Program-made: the position numbers and the translations under genes
Part shown: piece after piece, positions 38,579-52,326 of the stretch
How the letters are laid out: every line of letters starts with the position of its first letter
How positions within the stretch are numbered: the first letter of the stretch is position 1
The notes under the pieces: generated by a model
The model's database searches: none
The model's input: only the letters and a program-made list of their open reading frames with translations
What the model was told of the DNA's origin: nothing
Origin: Lytechinus pictus
Taxonomy: Eukaryota
Length of the DNA: 64,000 nt
Assembly: GCF_037042905.1 (NCBI RefSeq)
Contig: NC_087246.1
Coordinates: 9,984,001-10,048,000, forward strand
Reading direction: 5' to 3'

Positions 38579-40060
38579 CTAGAGTAAAGGAAAAAGTGAA
38601 TATCAGTACAGCAGACCCCACAAGAGATCTCATGACGTAGGGGACCCAACCCTTCGCCCCAGTTTTCTCATCCCTAGACTGCCCATATGGCCTAGATTCA
38701 TTCCACTTCTCTCTTCCACTCCCCCCCCCTCTATCTTTCTTTCTCTCCCCATATACTTTTCATTTCCTTTCCACCTACAATAGTTGCCTCCCAACTTTCA
38801 CCTCTGTTCTCTACCAATCATCCCCTTTCCTGTAGAATAAAAGTTCCCCTCTCATGACATGAAAACATTAGTACTGGCTCACTAAACAATATGCTCCCCT
38901 AACCTATATTTTATCTACCTGCTCTCAGATCCACCCCCCATCTCTTTCTCCCTCCACCCCCCCCCCCCCTCTCTCTCTCTCTCTTTCTCTACCCTTTTTC
39001 GGTATCTCCAGACTCTAGCCCACTTGCCCATCTCCATCCTCTATCTCTACCCCCCATCCTCTCTCTCCATCAATTTGCTCTACAGTATTGCACTAAAATT
39101 CCATATTAAATTCAGTCACAATTTTTCTTTTAAAAAGAGGCAATAAAATCAAGTTCAGGACAAGAGGAGAATCTGCAGAGCTATGCGATCCTTTTTAATC
39201 TAATTTCAGCAAGAGGAAGTTGATGTTGGGCCCTGTCTGCTCCAATTCTCAGCTGGTGTCAACGGACGCTTGATCTCACCATGATACAGGTCTACCCATT
39301 TCTGCAGAATCATCCTCCCTCGTCCACTCCCTCTCCAGGGAGGGAAATTAAAGCAATGTAAATATGTATTCATGACATCAAACACGAATAATGATACACA
39401 AAGATAGCTCTTTAATTGGGACACAGGGAGTTATCAGACCAGGCCGAGAATCTTGTAACACAGTGACAACACTTTTCAACACCTCTGAAGTGAATATCAA
39501 ATACAAATATCAGATTATAGTGCTTAGTGCTTATTATGTATCTGAAGGAAATGACTGCATGTTTGCCTTATGATGAGCAAAGTTAGACAACCTGGCCTCA
39601 AGATATTGGATCTGAAATAAAAAGGAATAAACTATCATTAGAGAGGAAATATGGAAGGACTTGGGTCAAGGGGGGGTAATCTATGATTGTGCAGACTCAT
39701 GTACGTGAAGAAACATTCAAATTTTCTCCAGTGTTGAATCTAAGTTAAAAAGGGATTCCTAGACCCTATCATTATTCTGTTCTTACAAAAATAGGGTTTT
39801 GCTCGACCCATAGCCTACTAAAAGCAGGAATCTGTGAGGACAACAGAATCAGATTTCAATGGCTAATGTTGCTAGGCAATTTTCAACTGGAAAAATATGA
39901 TTTGAAACATGATAATAAATTCACTTTCAAAAGAGACAATGAGGGCAGCACAATCCCTAGCTGCACAATCTTGTGCCAATAAGTAGAAAGTGGGGCCAAC
40001 TCACATAGTGAACATCATTTGGGGGCAAATATCCATCTACTAGTATGCTAGTTTAATATA

Positions 40061-40410
40061 CAGTGCATATCAAAAAAAAGTATACACTTAGAAATAATCC
40101 TGTAAAATTATATATTTGTAATATCCTGAGGCTTATTCCACATTTAAACATTGGTACAGATCTCTTAGAGCAAATGACGAAAACTGTTGAAAAATCTTTC
40201 TGCTTGAGTGAACACCATTTACTTTTGATTTGAAGATATATATTTTACCTTTTTAACTTGTTCCTTGCCCAAAACACTTCATAGAGCGCCATTGCGCCCC
40301 CCCCCTACAAACTGAGACCATCGTGACGGATCTGCTTTAAACAAAGTTGTGATTCACATTAAATGGCTTAATTAGGCTTGATTTTCCATCTGTTAATCAT
40401 TGCTAAGCTT
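40061..40410 (+). mobile_element. Tc1/mariner-type MITE left fragment
   Basis: TA|CAGTGCATATCAAAAAAAAGTATACACTT terminus; no matching right end seen. Confidence 0.5.
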
Positions 40411-41955
40411 GAGTAAAAAACTTTTTAAATTTATTTTTCGCTACTGCAGTTTCGCCTTCATCAAGGGTAAAATTATGCTCTTCGGGACCAAGGTATCAAA
40501 GTTCTTCAGACTCCGAGAAGTCTTCTTTGCTTCATTGACAGTACCTATCAAATAGAGGAAGTCACAAACGGAAACTACAAATCGAGTAAAGAAAACAGGA
40601 AATCATTGCCCAGTTGAACAATTCAAAGTGTTGAAATATCTGTGGATTTCACTAGCCAAGTACATGGCAGGGTGAAAGAGAGAAGATGAGAGAGGAGGAT
40701 CATTCTCTTAAGTTGATTATTTAGTTTTATTTGCTCATCAATTAGATAGTATTTGGAAAGATGCTACAAAAATAGAGCCTTCAAGAGCTTATTGACAGTA
40801 GGTCAAGTGTTGTGAAAGACTACATGTAGCTCAGCATCATCTGAAGGTGAAAATGGAATTTAGTAAATAGGCACATTCACACATGCTCTATGATTAGTTC
40901 TTTTATGTCACAAGACAGACCTGAGACAGATAAAAATCTTGAAAAAGAGGATAATTTCTGATTGTGAGGGAGGACAGCAATCGAACCTCCTCAGGGTTGG
41001 TCCAGCAACTTTTGTCACTCCAGGGTTTGAAAATTCAAATTTAAATTCAAGATTAAATACATTTGTTAATGATATTTTAAGGGTATAATATAATTGACTG
41101 TTCTGCCCTTCTCACCAGATAGTATGCAAAAGTAAATCAGAAGAAATATTATCCCATCAGGGAGGTGGGGCAATCAGGGACATAGAAGGGCAAACATCTC
41201 CTTACACTCTTGTAAACTACAGGAACATTATCTGAATGAGGCAATTGAGAATGCACAGCATGACTATCACAATATTCTGAGGCTTAAACAAGTTCTTCTA
41301 ATTTACATTACATTTATCTGATGAGCGAGGTGTTAACATGGCTACTCTAAACCTCTAGCTTCTACTCCCACATCAAAGGAGCATTTCATAACTCAAACAG
41401 TTTCTTTGAAAAATTCTTTTAAGTAATTGAAATCCTTGAAAAGTAAAAAAGCGCTGCCATTCAATTTACAAACTAATACTTGTGTGCTGCTGAGAAGTTA
41501 CAAGGGGGGGGGGGGCTCTGGACCTACCCTTGGCCTCAAAATGGGGGTCTCAGGACTGACTTTGGATTGCTGAAAGTGCAATGCTCTGGAACATGCCATT
41601 GTAGTATATTAGACAAGGGTAAAATGTGTTGTAGCTCATGCCTGAAATCGTATAGGTCTGTGAACATTTATACTACACCAACAGAACATCTAGAGATATA
41701 TTATATATTGGCATAGATTGAGAGTGCGCCTGATTGTGACAAACACGGCTGTTTCTCTTGCTTGGGGGTTTATATTCAATCATATTTTATTTCAACATGC
41801 AGTCTTTTTTGGAGGAATCTGACAAACGAAATGAAGAAATTAGTCAAATGATTTTTCATTCCTGTTATGAATTGCTTCAATATTTACAAATAAGAAATGA
41901 AACACATGATTCAAATATGTACTCAGTTTAATTAATTTATTACATTTATACTTAA

Positions 41956-42538
41956 AGGAGAATGAAACTCTTGGAGCAAGTTAGCTTTTGTGACAGCAGA
42001 AAAATCAAAGAATAAGATCAACAAAAGTTTGAGTAAAATAGGACTAGCAATAGAAGAGTTATGAGCATTTGAATGTCGAGATCCCTAATGCTATGGAGAT
42101 CCTCCTATTGGCAATGCGACCAAGATCTATGATGTCACAGATGAACAACTCTCCCCTTTTGGACACTGAAAATATACCCCAAAACATCTCTTTTTGCTCA
42201 TTCTAATCATATGACAAACGATTCATCAATGATATAATGTTGTGAAACCTCTGTACTTGTCCTCTCATAAAGAGAACACCTCACCTTGTGATAGACTCTA
42301 TAAAAGTGAAAATATAAGTGAAATAAGTACTAAAGTAATGAGGGAGTTGTACGTGTGTGACATCACAGATCTTGGTCGCATTGCCAATGGAGGATCTACA
42401 TGGCATTAGTGATCTCAATATTCAAATGTTCATAACTTTCTTATTATTCATTCAATCTTCTTCAAACTTTCAACAATATGTTTCTTTGATTTTTCTCTTT
42501 GATATGGATTCAGCTGGTTTCAAGGGTTTCATTCTCCT
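41956..42538. mobile_element. Kolobok-type MITE (family C)
   Basis: TTAA|AGGAGAATGAAAC...GTTTCATTCTCCT|TTAA; long inverted arms (attggcaatgcgaccaagatct / agatcttggtcgcattgccaat). Confidence 0.85.
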
Positions 42539-45500
42539 TTAATTTGAATAGGCACAGGTGCAATGCATAAAGAGTGCATGTACTATAAATTTCAATGGAT
42601 GCCATTGAACCAACAACCGATTAATTAAATTCAAAACATTCATGCAAGTACTCTGCAGTAAAATTGAAAAAAAAAGGATGGGTTTTAACTGTCCAATTCA
42701 GAAACATCCCTAACAACCAACCATGAGGAGATGTTTTTACTTGAAGAGCCTGATATACACCAAAAGATATAAGTTAAAAAATGATCATTGTGTCAGAATA
42801 TAATGCAGCAGACTGCTACATGATTTTGGTACCAGGAATTATTCTTGTTATTCAATTTCTTCTTTCAGGAAATATTTCAATGCTTTTGAAGGCATGCATT
42901 ATATCTATAATTGGCATTTAAGTAGTTGTTGTGGATTGAAGATGCCTTGATTGGCCAAAAACTTGTGTTGACATCTACTAGTCAACATTTCTAATTCATC
43001 AATTATTGTTGTCTGGAGGGAGCAAAATTAGAGTTATAATATCTTAAATCATGTATGTTCATCTTAAATCTGCTCTGGCAAAAGTGACTTCATGGGTGAT
43101 AGAAACGTCAATATACTGATTCCCAACTGTTAAAGTTGGTCCTCAACTATTTCTCTCTCTATATTTATTCTTTTTTAACTTAGACTTTACATACAAAGAT
43201 AAAGACATTTTAAAGTACAGGAAATACTGACATTGACTTAAAACCCCTTGATAAAATATGACTTCTAACAATGTGTTACAAAGTGGAAAGGTGAATCATA
43301 TAAATCTGGATGCAATGTTGTCAACTATCTCACAATCCTGCACCTGATACAATACACAGTTTTTTTTTTAATTTCAGTTCTGTAGGTTTGGCCTGTTGCG
43401 TATTCATATCACCGATGATTATATTTCATGATTATGACATTGAACAAGTAACCTTTCTTCAAACTGTTGAATATTTCTGGTGAACTGATAAATATTTCAA
43501 TCTGTTTTTAGAGAAAAGTGGTACATGCTACAATAGTACATCTATAACCAATTATTCTGACAATTTTAACGTTTCACATTTCAAAATGAAACAAGGACAA
43601 ATTTATTACTATATTTGTTTATTTATCTGTATTTGAAATATATCTATATATCATCTTTAATTTGTATATGCATTGTAATTGTTCCTTGTCACAATTTCTT
43701 GATTTATATTACTAAATAAACAATTTATCTAATAATTTATTGCTAAAGTAAACTTAAATATTCTATATCATGTTATTTGTTAGCCTAAATTTGATTAGCA
43801 CTTGTAAAAGGAGGCTGTAGAGAGTAGAACCAATGGAATATCTTGCAAGCGATCAGTAAATTAGATGAAGACATACATGTAGCATCTATCTACAGCATCT
43901 ATAGCATTTCTAAAATAGCACTGATAATTAAAGCAGGAGTATTATGTCTCATCTCTCTGCAATGTCAAAGAAATAAGGTCATCATAACAACATGTAAAAA
44001 TGCAACAGTAGTAATCTCCTTTAATGTATATTCAATCTAAATATATCTTGCTTGGCACGATACTCAATTTCCTAGTTTCAAATAAATTCAAAGGACAATA
44101 AATGAAATAAACTTCATAAAAAGCTTTGTCGCCAAGCCCACCAGTTTCATGGACTTTGTTAATGACGTCTTTACCCTATATTTTATTATTTTCAAAGGCC
44201 CATCTGAAGTTATCATGTACTGGGGCTATTCAGAGAATCTTACATAGATCTACAATACCGAGGAAACTATTGTTTATATGCGCTATGGCGTATATGAATT
44301 TTCTTTCCTTAATATAACATTTGTGAAAGAAGCCACTAAAAATGAGGATGCAGTATACCATAATATGCACTGACCCCGGTTCACGTGTAGAATTGTTATG
44401 TATAAAATAGCCAGAGCTTTTGCTGCTTCTTTGGAGATAGATGACTTATATGACCAAGGCAACTTAGCAAATCGTTACATTGGTGAACTGAACTTGTACA
44501 AATTATCACTTGGAAGGGGACCTGGATATACAGTAGCTATCTAAATAAAATACCTGAATTTACATAGCACTCATTCCTCAAAGCTTTTGATATAACACAG
44601 TGCCTATAGTGAAAGTGTTCGGATAAACGAGGATTGGATTGTGTGTCTCATTACCTAAAAATGTTGTATTCAAGAGATTATTTTGAATTCCATACCTGAA
44701 AACATTCATATACAGATGGAAAATGTAACTAGTTTACAAAACACAAACATGACATTTAGGCCTGAAGAATGGAATTGTAACTATATGGACATACAATGGC
44801 TACTAGCATTTCAGCAGGTTAGCATTATGTGTTTTCTGTACAAGGTACTATGCATCTTTTCTTCTAGGATGATTACCGTAACAGAGAAAAGAATGTATAA
44901 TAGAAAACTTTAATGATAAATGCTAACTTTCTAAGTATGAAGAATATAACAATTTGAATATAATTTCAGTGGTAAACTATTTTGCTTATCTAATAACACT
45001 TTGATAGTATCTTTTTTATTACTCTTTAGGTATATTTAAATAATATTTCATAAAATGTATACATAAGATTTATTGATATGTTATTAGTATCATTATTGTC
45101 ATGATTATATTGCTATTATCATAACACATATAGAAACAAGTAGTTGCAGTCAACTGGGTGCTTTGTGAACGTGTTAATAGGAGAGTAAGCTGCCAGCAGT
45201 TTACTCAGAAGGCAACATCACTAAGTAATATATTGTCATTTTAAAAATAATTTCTTGACAATCTTTTTTGGATTACAGCAACTTGAATCTGAACTTTTGT
45301 GCATCAAGTATCTTTGGGGAAAAAAATGCAGCTGAAAATCTTAAAAATGACAATTTCATAATTATTTTTTATATATACATGTACAAACACCTAATACTAG
45401 AGATAGCTTCAGATCTCTATAAAAATGACACTCCAAGAGTAACACAATCTAGGTTAATATGACCACAATCAATGTATTAGATATAAGGCATACTGGTTTT

Positions 45501-45608
45501 AAACTGGATACAATGCAGTGGTTTTGATTATATGTGATAGGGTGATGGTGACGAGCATTCATAGTGATATATCCGTGATGGAGTTATCAGGAAAGGCTTC
45601 AGAGACTG

Positions 45609-46682
45609 TCAAGGTGTTGATATTGTGTTTAATGATGAGAGGTGTGCAAGATCACTCTGTCTGTCAGGCTGAGCCAGGGCTCGTCGCAAGATGGCCGATG
45701 GTAGAGGGACCCTTGCCAAGTCGCAGCGTATGATACAGGAAAAGACCTCCCTGAAGTGTGGATGCTTGAGACAGTAAAAGAGAGGATTCAGACAGCTGTT
45801 GAGCCCAAGAAGAATTGCCAGGTAAGATGCCACATAGCCGTAAATGTCTGGAGAGGAACTGAAGCCAGTGGCGCAGAAGGCAATCACAAAAGGCAGGATG
45901 CAGATATAGAAGGCACAGATGACAACCAGGAGGTTATTGGTGATGATGATGTCAATGCGCTTGTTTGTTGCAATGGGGGCACTCTGCCTATGAGAGGCCA
46001 TGTTCTGAGAATGGTTACGTATGTACTTGAAAATCAAGATGTAGCATATACTTGATAGCAAGAGAGGAAGTGTGAGAAGTGCCAGAGCTCCTCCCTTGTA
46101 ATACATGTCATATTCATGAGTTGGATCCCATATGCAAAGCTCAAGGTGCATGTCGTAACCCAAGCTGCCATACCCAACAATTTGTGGGACAATGAGGAAA
46201 CCTGTCAGGTTGAGCCAGGTAGATGCTATCATCAAGACAATGTTACATGGGGTAAAGATCCTCTGGTAGGTAACCCTGGATCTGGTGATGAGGAAGTAAC
46301 GGTTCATGGCTACGAAAAACAGCGTTGATACGCTGCACCCGACTGCAATCATGATGATGGATCCAACCAAGGTGCAGGTCCATTCAGGCAGGGAAACATC
46401 AAGTTGAAGAAGCCACAAGCTCTCCAAAGGAAATGCTATACCTATGACAAGGTCAGCTAAGCTAAGGTTTACAACAAAAATGTTTGTGATGGTATGCAGT
46501 TTTCGGGAGAGTACAACCATGAATATTAAAAGGAAATTCCCAACAATGGCAAACAGACCAACAGTTGCATAGGATATTCCTTTGACCAATCTCTCAATCA
46601 GCACTCCATCTGTTATTGTTGAATTATCATTTGGTGTTGAAATTCTGAACGAATCAGTCTCATTGCCATCAAAAGAAGCCAT
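45609..46682 (-). CDS. Class A GPCR, NRY-type, intact intronless CDS (357 aa); paralog of the 33 kb gene
   Basis: ORF from ATG 46682 (MASFDGNE...). Motifs: GN, VVLSRKLHTITNIFVVNLSLADL, NRY, CIWD, FYICILP, NSCLNPLFY, KHPHFREVFSC. N-glycosylation sequons NET and NST. Confidence 0.95.
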   Translation of the reverse strand: MASFDGNETDSFRISTPNDNSTITDGVLIERLVKGISYATVGLFAIVGNFLLIFMVVLSRKLHTITNIFVVNLSLADLVIGIAFPLESLWLLQLDVSLPEWTCTLVGSIIMIAVGCSVSTLFFVAMNRYFLITRSRVTYQRIFTPCNIVLMIASTWLNLTGFLIVPQIVGYGSLGYDMHLELCIWDPTHEYDMYYKGGALALLTLPLLLSSICYILIFKYIRNHSQNMASHRQSAPIATNKRIDIIITNNLLVVICAFYICILPFVIAFCATGFSSSPDIYGYVASYLAILLGLNSCLNPLFYCLKHPHFREVFSCIIRCDLARVPLPSAILRRALAQPDRQSDLAHLSSLNTISTP

Positions 46683-47013
46683 ACTTTTTCTGGTGCAATA
46701 GCCAAGAGCACTGCACAATTTGAATTGATAAGAGAATTTCAGGACTGTACTTCACAGTCAGGAAAATGAAATCTTTGTATTGTCAAAATTACCAGAAATC
46801 AATCAGAGTGCAGAACAATGCATTTGAAAATCAAGTATTTATATGAGAAATATTAGATTGTATCTGAGCTCCAACAGGTGATACATCAACAAATGAGAGA
46901 CTGGGTGAATGACGGCAGAGCATGATTATTCCTCCAACGACGCGATGAAGTGAACCTTCTTCTGCTCATATGCACAGTGATCATGCAAACACTGCAAATT
47001 CACAAAGCAATAG

Positions 47014-47027
47014 GTTTCCATGGTAAC
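47014..47027. promoter_or_regulatory. RFX X-box motif upstream of the minus-strand GPCR
   Basis: GTTTCCATGGTAAC matches the X-box consensus GTYNCY-AT-RGNAAC and lies ~330 bp upstream of ATG 46682. Confidence 0.45.
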
Positions 47028-47499
47028 TAAGGAGTCACAGCATCATGAGCATTTATTATCAACATCTCTTATCCTATTAAAGGCCCTTTTTCTGACCTCT
47101 TTCTTCAGCCTTTTCTCACTTACTCTATTCGGATTTGCATTGTGTAAGTCTACATATAAGATTTGATATTACATATGCCTTTCTCAACACTTTTACACAA
47201 GCAAATTATCTACTTCAATCAGTGTGTTTCTCTCAATGAATTTGTGTACATGGAACTTATAATCCATCAAAGGTTTCCAATCAAAATGTCTTTGCTGTTT
47301 TGTATAATATGTTTTCTTACAGTTTAAATCAGAGGCGCATATTCTGAACTTAAATTGAACTCCGGGCTAAAGTTTTTATGGATAACCAATTGTAACACAT
47401 TTATAACAGTAATAAAGGTTTAATTTGTCAGCACATTTGGTGCACAATTTATTCATAACTGTTTGGAAAAGATAAACAAAGATTTTTTTTCATTATTAA

Positions 47500-48089
47500 A
47501 CGACAAGTCCACCCCAACAACAAGTTAATTTGAATAAAAAGAGAAAAATCTTACAAGCATAACACTGAAAATTTCATAAAAATCGGATGTGAAATAAGAA
47601 AGTTATGACATTTTCAAGTTTCGCTTAATTTCACAAAACAGTTATATGCACATCTTGGTCGGTATGCAAATGAGAGGACTGATGACATCACTCACTCACT
47701 ATTTCTTTTGTATTTCATTACATGAAATATGAAATATTCTAATTTTCTCCTCATTGTCCTGTGAAACAAAGTTTCATATTCCTCTCTGAGCATGTGGTAT
47801 TACCACTGTTAAGTTCAGTTAAGTTGGTCCTTAATGTCAAATTGGTAAAAATTGAAATGTTGTATAATTCAAACAATAAAAAACAAAATAGTGAGTGATG
47901 GACATTATCGACTCTTTCATTGCATGTCACTGAGTTGTGCAGTTAACAGTTTTATGAAAAATAAGCGAAATTTTAAAATATCAAAACTTTCTTATTTTAC
48001 ATCCGATTTTGATGAAGTTTTCAGCATTATGCTTGTTAGATTTCTCTCTATTCATTAAAATCAACATTTTTCTGGGGTAGACTTGACCC
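47500..48089. mobile_element. Kolobok-type MITE (family B) inserted in a Harbinger remnant starting ~47333
   Basis: TTAA flanks; caagtccacccc / ggggtagacttg ends; long TIRs. Confidence 0.85.
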
Positions 48090-50728
48090 TTAAATGAAAA
48101 AATCAGCCTAGCGATAGGTTGGCTTTCATAAAACAGAGAGAATAAAAAAATAGAGAATATTTGTAAAGGTTATAGCTGAAAATCCACCAACGAATAACAG
48201 AGCTATGACTTTTTAACGTTTTGATTTGTGACGTCACAGACCAGCACCTCCTCCATATGTCATGCAATATGAATTTTAAAGAAATTCAGTTTTATCAAAA
48301 AATTGAAAGTGGTTGCATTTGCGAAATATCATCAGATACATAATTTCATAAAATTCAGTCACCATGACAAGACTATCATCAAACAGAAAATGTGATCACA
48401 GATTAAACCACACCATGGTTAGTATAAGAAAGATAACAACATAACTTGACAATCAGCACATATGAACACACCCTCTCGCTCACCATCAGTTGACAGTATA
48501 AAGCCTTCTGCATTGATTATCAAGTGCTCACTGAATCTTTAAGTTCACTAATTTCCTTTCTTGACACAATGTGTGTTTACTGATGCAAGGCCATCATGCT
48601 CTGCTACAATGCATAATCAAATATGGATCACAGTTGCGTGCAGCGAGGAAATTGGTAAGAGATCCAGAGAGAAATCTTTTCATACTTCACAGAATATAGG
48701 AATAATCATGATGACAAGTATGCTGGCTACAAAGATATTGGTAGTATTCATCTCCATAGGGAATTCAAATGAAGAAAGGTGTGCTCTTGGGGAATTAAGT
48801 AACAATTTTGTGAAGGGAAACCACACCCTTGTCTGCGATATTTCCCCAAAGTGTTTTTTTTTTTAAAGAAAATATATATGGGGAAAATAGCAACATGTCA
48901 GAAAGATTTTATTCATTTGATTTTTTTTTCTATCAACATAAATGTCATATTTTTCTCAAAGTGAAAACATTGACAAAATGATAGCCTAGCCTTTGCTGGA
49001 TCCATTAATTCCTACTTTACATTTACATTATACATTAACTTGACATGATCCATTAGTTGTCCCTGTAGAAATTCTATAGGAATAACAAATTTCAAATATC
49101 TTACAAGGTTCTTTTTTTCAAAAGTATACCATAGTTTATGCATAATAATACTTATATGCATTTATATGGCGCCATCTATCTGGTACCTTGAATACACGAC
49201 AGAATAATGATGATGACGATGACGACGACGACGATGATAATAATAATAATGATTTATTTATAAAGAAATAATTTAATAATAAAATCCCAAGTTTTTTAAA
49301 CTTGACTAAGAGCCATATATTTCATTTCATACCATTTATTATATCCAATAACAATCTCATATATTTCATTTGATATGATTAAATTATTTTTTGTTAAATC
49401 AACAAATTATTTATTCTTATCCAAGTTAACTGATCTGAAATTACTCAACTACTCTGTGACCTGCAAGTCGTAAAAGATTAGTAATACGTAATTACCCTTA
49501 TGTCTAACTATTATTGAACTAGGTTGATATTGTGACATTAAAAAACTTAACCTTGGTTACGATTTTTTATGTTGACTACCACATGCTGCCACTACCACCA
49601 CTCTCAGAAAATCAGCACTTAAACTCTTGCTCTGCTACACAGGCGAGGTAAATATGATGCAAAATTCATTCTAGAGTAAAAGGGGTCAGAATATTAAGGT
49701 TCTAAACATACTATATATACAGAACAATACTGATGGAGCACAAGGAGCGATAGAGAGTGAGAGAGAGAGGGAGAGAGGGGAAAAACAAGATTAAGTAGTG
49801 AAGTTGATTGCAAGGGTTTCTACTATGTAGAAAACCTGAAATAATTTACACAATTCAAATATCACGGACATTAGCTCATATCAAACAAACTGGAAACCTA
49901 CTAAATATCAATACGTCAAATCCATGCACCAGAATACATAAGTAGATATTGAAGAAATCATTGAAGTGTGTTTGATGGGTTCTCAAATGTCAGATGTAGT
50001 GTGAATAAGAAGAATTTAACAATAAACTTCAATAAAAAAGTAGCTTTGATCTCGCTTATGATCAATATTTTCATTCCATTGGAAATTTGAAGGAAGAGTG
50101 CAGGAGTGTGTATTTTCTGACAAGGAAAAAAAAGAGAATGAGGTTGGGAGAAAGGCCTCCCCCACCATGTAATATCCACCCACATTTCATCGTACTGTCT
50201 TGGACCCTAATTCAATACTGATTTTGTGTGATTGCAAAAATGGTTTAGGGCCAAAACAAGTATGGTTGTGTAAAGCCTTGGCTTACATCATTCTTGTACA
50301 CAGATTTTACGCCTGCATCAGTATAATGAAGGAATTTCCTTGCAAAATTTTTGTTTGTCTTTACAGTGAGCAGTGGTGATAGGGATGGGTGAACCTACTC
50401 CACCGTAAAGAGCAGAAACTTTGAAGAACATATATATGAACTTTATAAAAAGCAAGATAAATTGTAGTAGGCCTGCTGATATTTTTCTAAGTTATCTTAC
50501 TATAATCTCATACCTGAATCTTCACACTTGCTCATAGAGGTTGCTTCTCCCCAGTCCTCTCCACTCTCCCCCCCCCCCCCCCCCACCTTGCAATGTGCCT
50601 GCACTAATGATTTTTTTTTTCAAAACAAATACTATGAAAGCAATACCATATACTTGAAGTAGAACTAGCTTCTGAAGGTTTCCCTGGTAATGGAATGAAT
50701 CGATGTATAGGCTTCATGATACAACAAT

Positions 50729-51309
50729 AGAGAGTTTTAGGAGCAGTGAACGAGAACGATGTAGCAGTTGTCTGATCGTTCGAGTCAAACGTCGTCGTCT
50801 GCCCTTGTTCACTACAGATGCAAATATTTTAGATTTCACTTGACTTGTGCGTGTACATACGTCCACATGAAACAGTATGATAACCAGCGGGTCATGACAA
50901 CCTGCCCGACCCGGAAGATCTGGCGTACCATCGCCTGGCGACCCGGTCGGGTGATGCGAAGATGCAACTTGTGCACACTTGCCCTTTCACTTGCTTTGAT
51001 TCCTTTTTACGCGAGTTAGGATATATATCGATATATATTTTGGAGATTTATACAACTTACATTAATTTTGTGAAAAGTCACTGAAAACTGTGTTTTAAAA
51101 GGGAAAGGTTGATCTTCATGCTGGGCTTGAATGGTTTAAATGACGTCACTCACGTACACATCGACTATGATTTAGGAGAACCACAAAATGGATGTGGTTC
51201 TCGATTCTGATAGTGGACGTTTGTGAGGACCTGAGGCATATAGCAGGCCAAAAAATGACGTCATCACGTATCAGTCATCTATGTCGACCTACGTTTCTAA
51301 AAGTGCTCA
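50729..51309. mobile_element. ISL2EU-like non-autonomous element
   Basis: AT|AGAGAGTTTTAG start, degenerate CTAAAAGTGCTC end, CpG-rich interior. Confidence 0.45.
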
Positions 51310-52326
51310 GTGTATTCCTTGTGAGCATATGTTGTGTCCTGAAAAACGATCACCCTAACATAGCATTTGGACTAGCAATCTTTGGAAGAACCATGTTCTT
51401 ACAAACGTTACTTCTTTTTCAGACTACTTACTCTATTCATTTTGATTTTGATCATGATCATTTCATAATAAGTTCCTTTGAAAAAAAGCATCAAACAAAC
51501 TGAACTATATATCAGTCTCTTATTTCTGACAATACCATTATCAGGATTTGTATTTATAAGAAAACTTTCAAAACTTGAATACAAAAATAACAAGACATGT
51601 CTATAATATATGAAATGAAACTGCATTGACAAACAAACCTCTTTTATTCCATCAGGTTATCCATCAAAATGATCAAACTTCTTACCTGTATTAGAGAGTG
51701 GGGGGAAAAGTAAATGAAAATAGATAGAAAGAAAGATCAATAGATAGATAGAAAAACAGCAAAATGAATCGAGGGATAAATAAGAGTGAGAAGAGGAGGG
51801 GAATGGAAATATCAAAACATAAAAATGCATTCTGTAAATATAATCATTTGTCAAATCAATTATTCACAGAAATATAAACAGTAATCTCTTATGGAAAGCT
51901 ACCATAGTCCAATGTACATGAAGCTTAATTGATCTAATCCTACAAAGGCTTCATTTACAAAATATTCCCAAATATAAATAAACTTGGGTGGGACTTCTTT
52001 TTCTAATTTAAAATGCTGCATGCAACAATTACTGGATATATTAACAGTGAGAATTTTAGAATAAAGCGTTTTATCATCTTTCTCCCTTGGTGCTGAGAAC
52101 CATACTCACTGCCAATTCACTAGGGAGAACATAATCCTTTAACCACATATCAAAGTAGGTTAATTATTATGATGTAGTCACTTCAACACTCATCATTTCG
52201 AACTAGCAAGAATCAGGCCAATTTATTAATTCCTAACAAAATATGAAAACCTTTTTCATTACACTTAGTGGAAAAGAAAAGTGGGCTGTCAAAGATAGGT
52301 GTGTCTACTCATAAGATGGATGACTA

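Noticed and set aside
40441..40470. Penelope-type hammerhead on the minus strand (TTGATGAAGGCGAAAC)
   Set aside because: The core is mismatched, stem II is missing and there is no supporting PLE ORF.
45518..46328. Plus-strand ORFs overlapping the second GPCR
   Set aside because: Antisense shadows of the real CDS.
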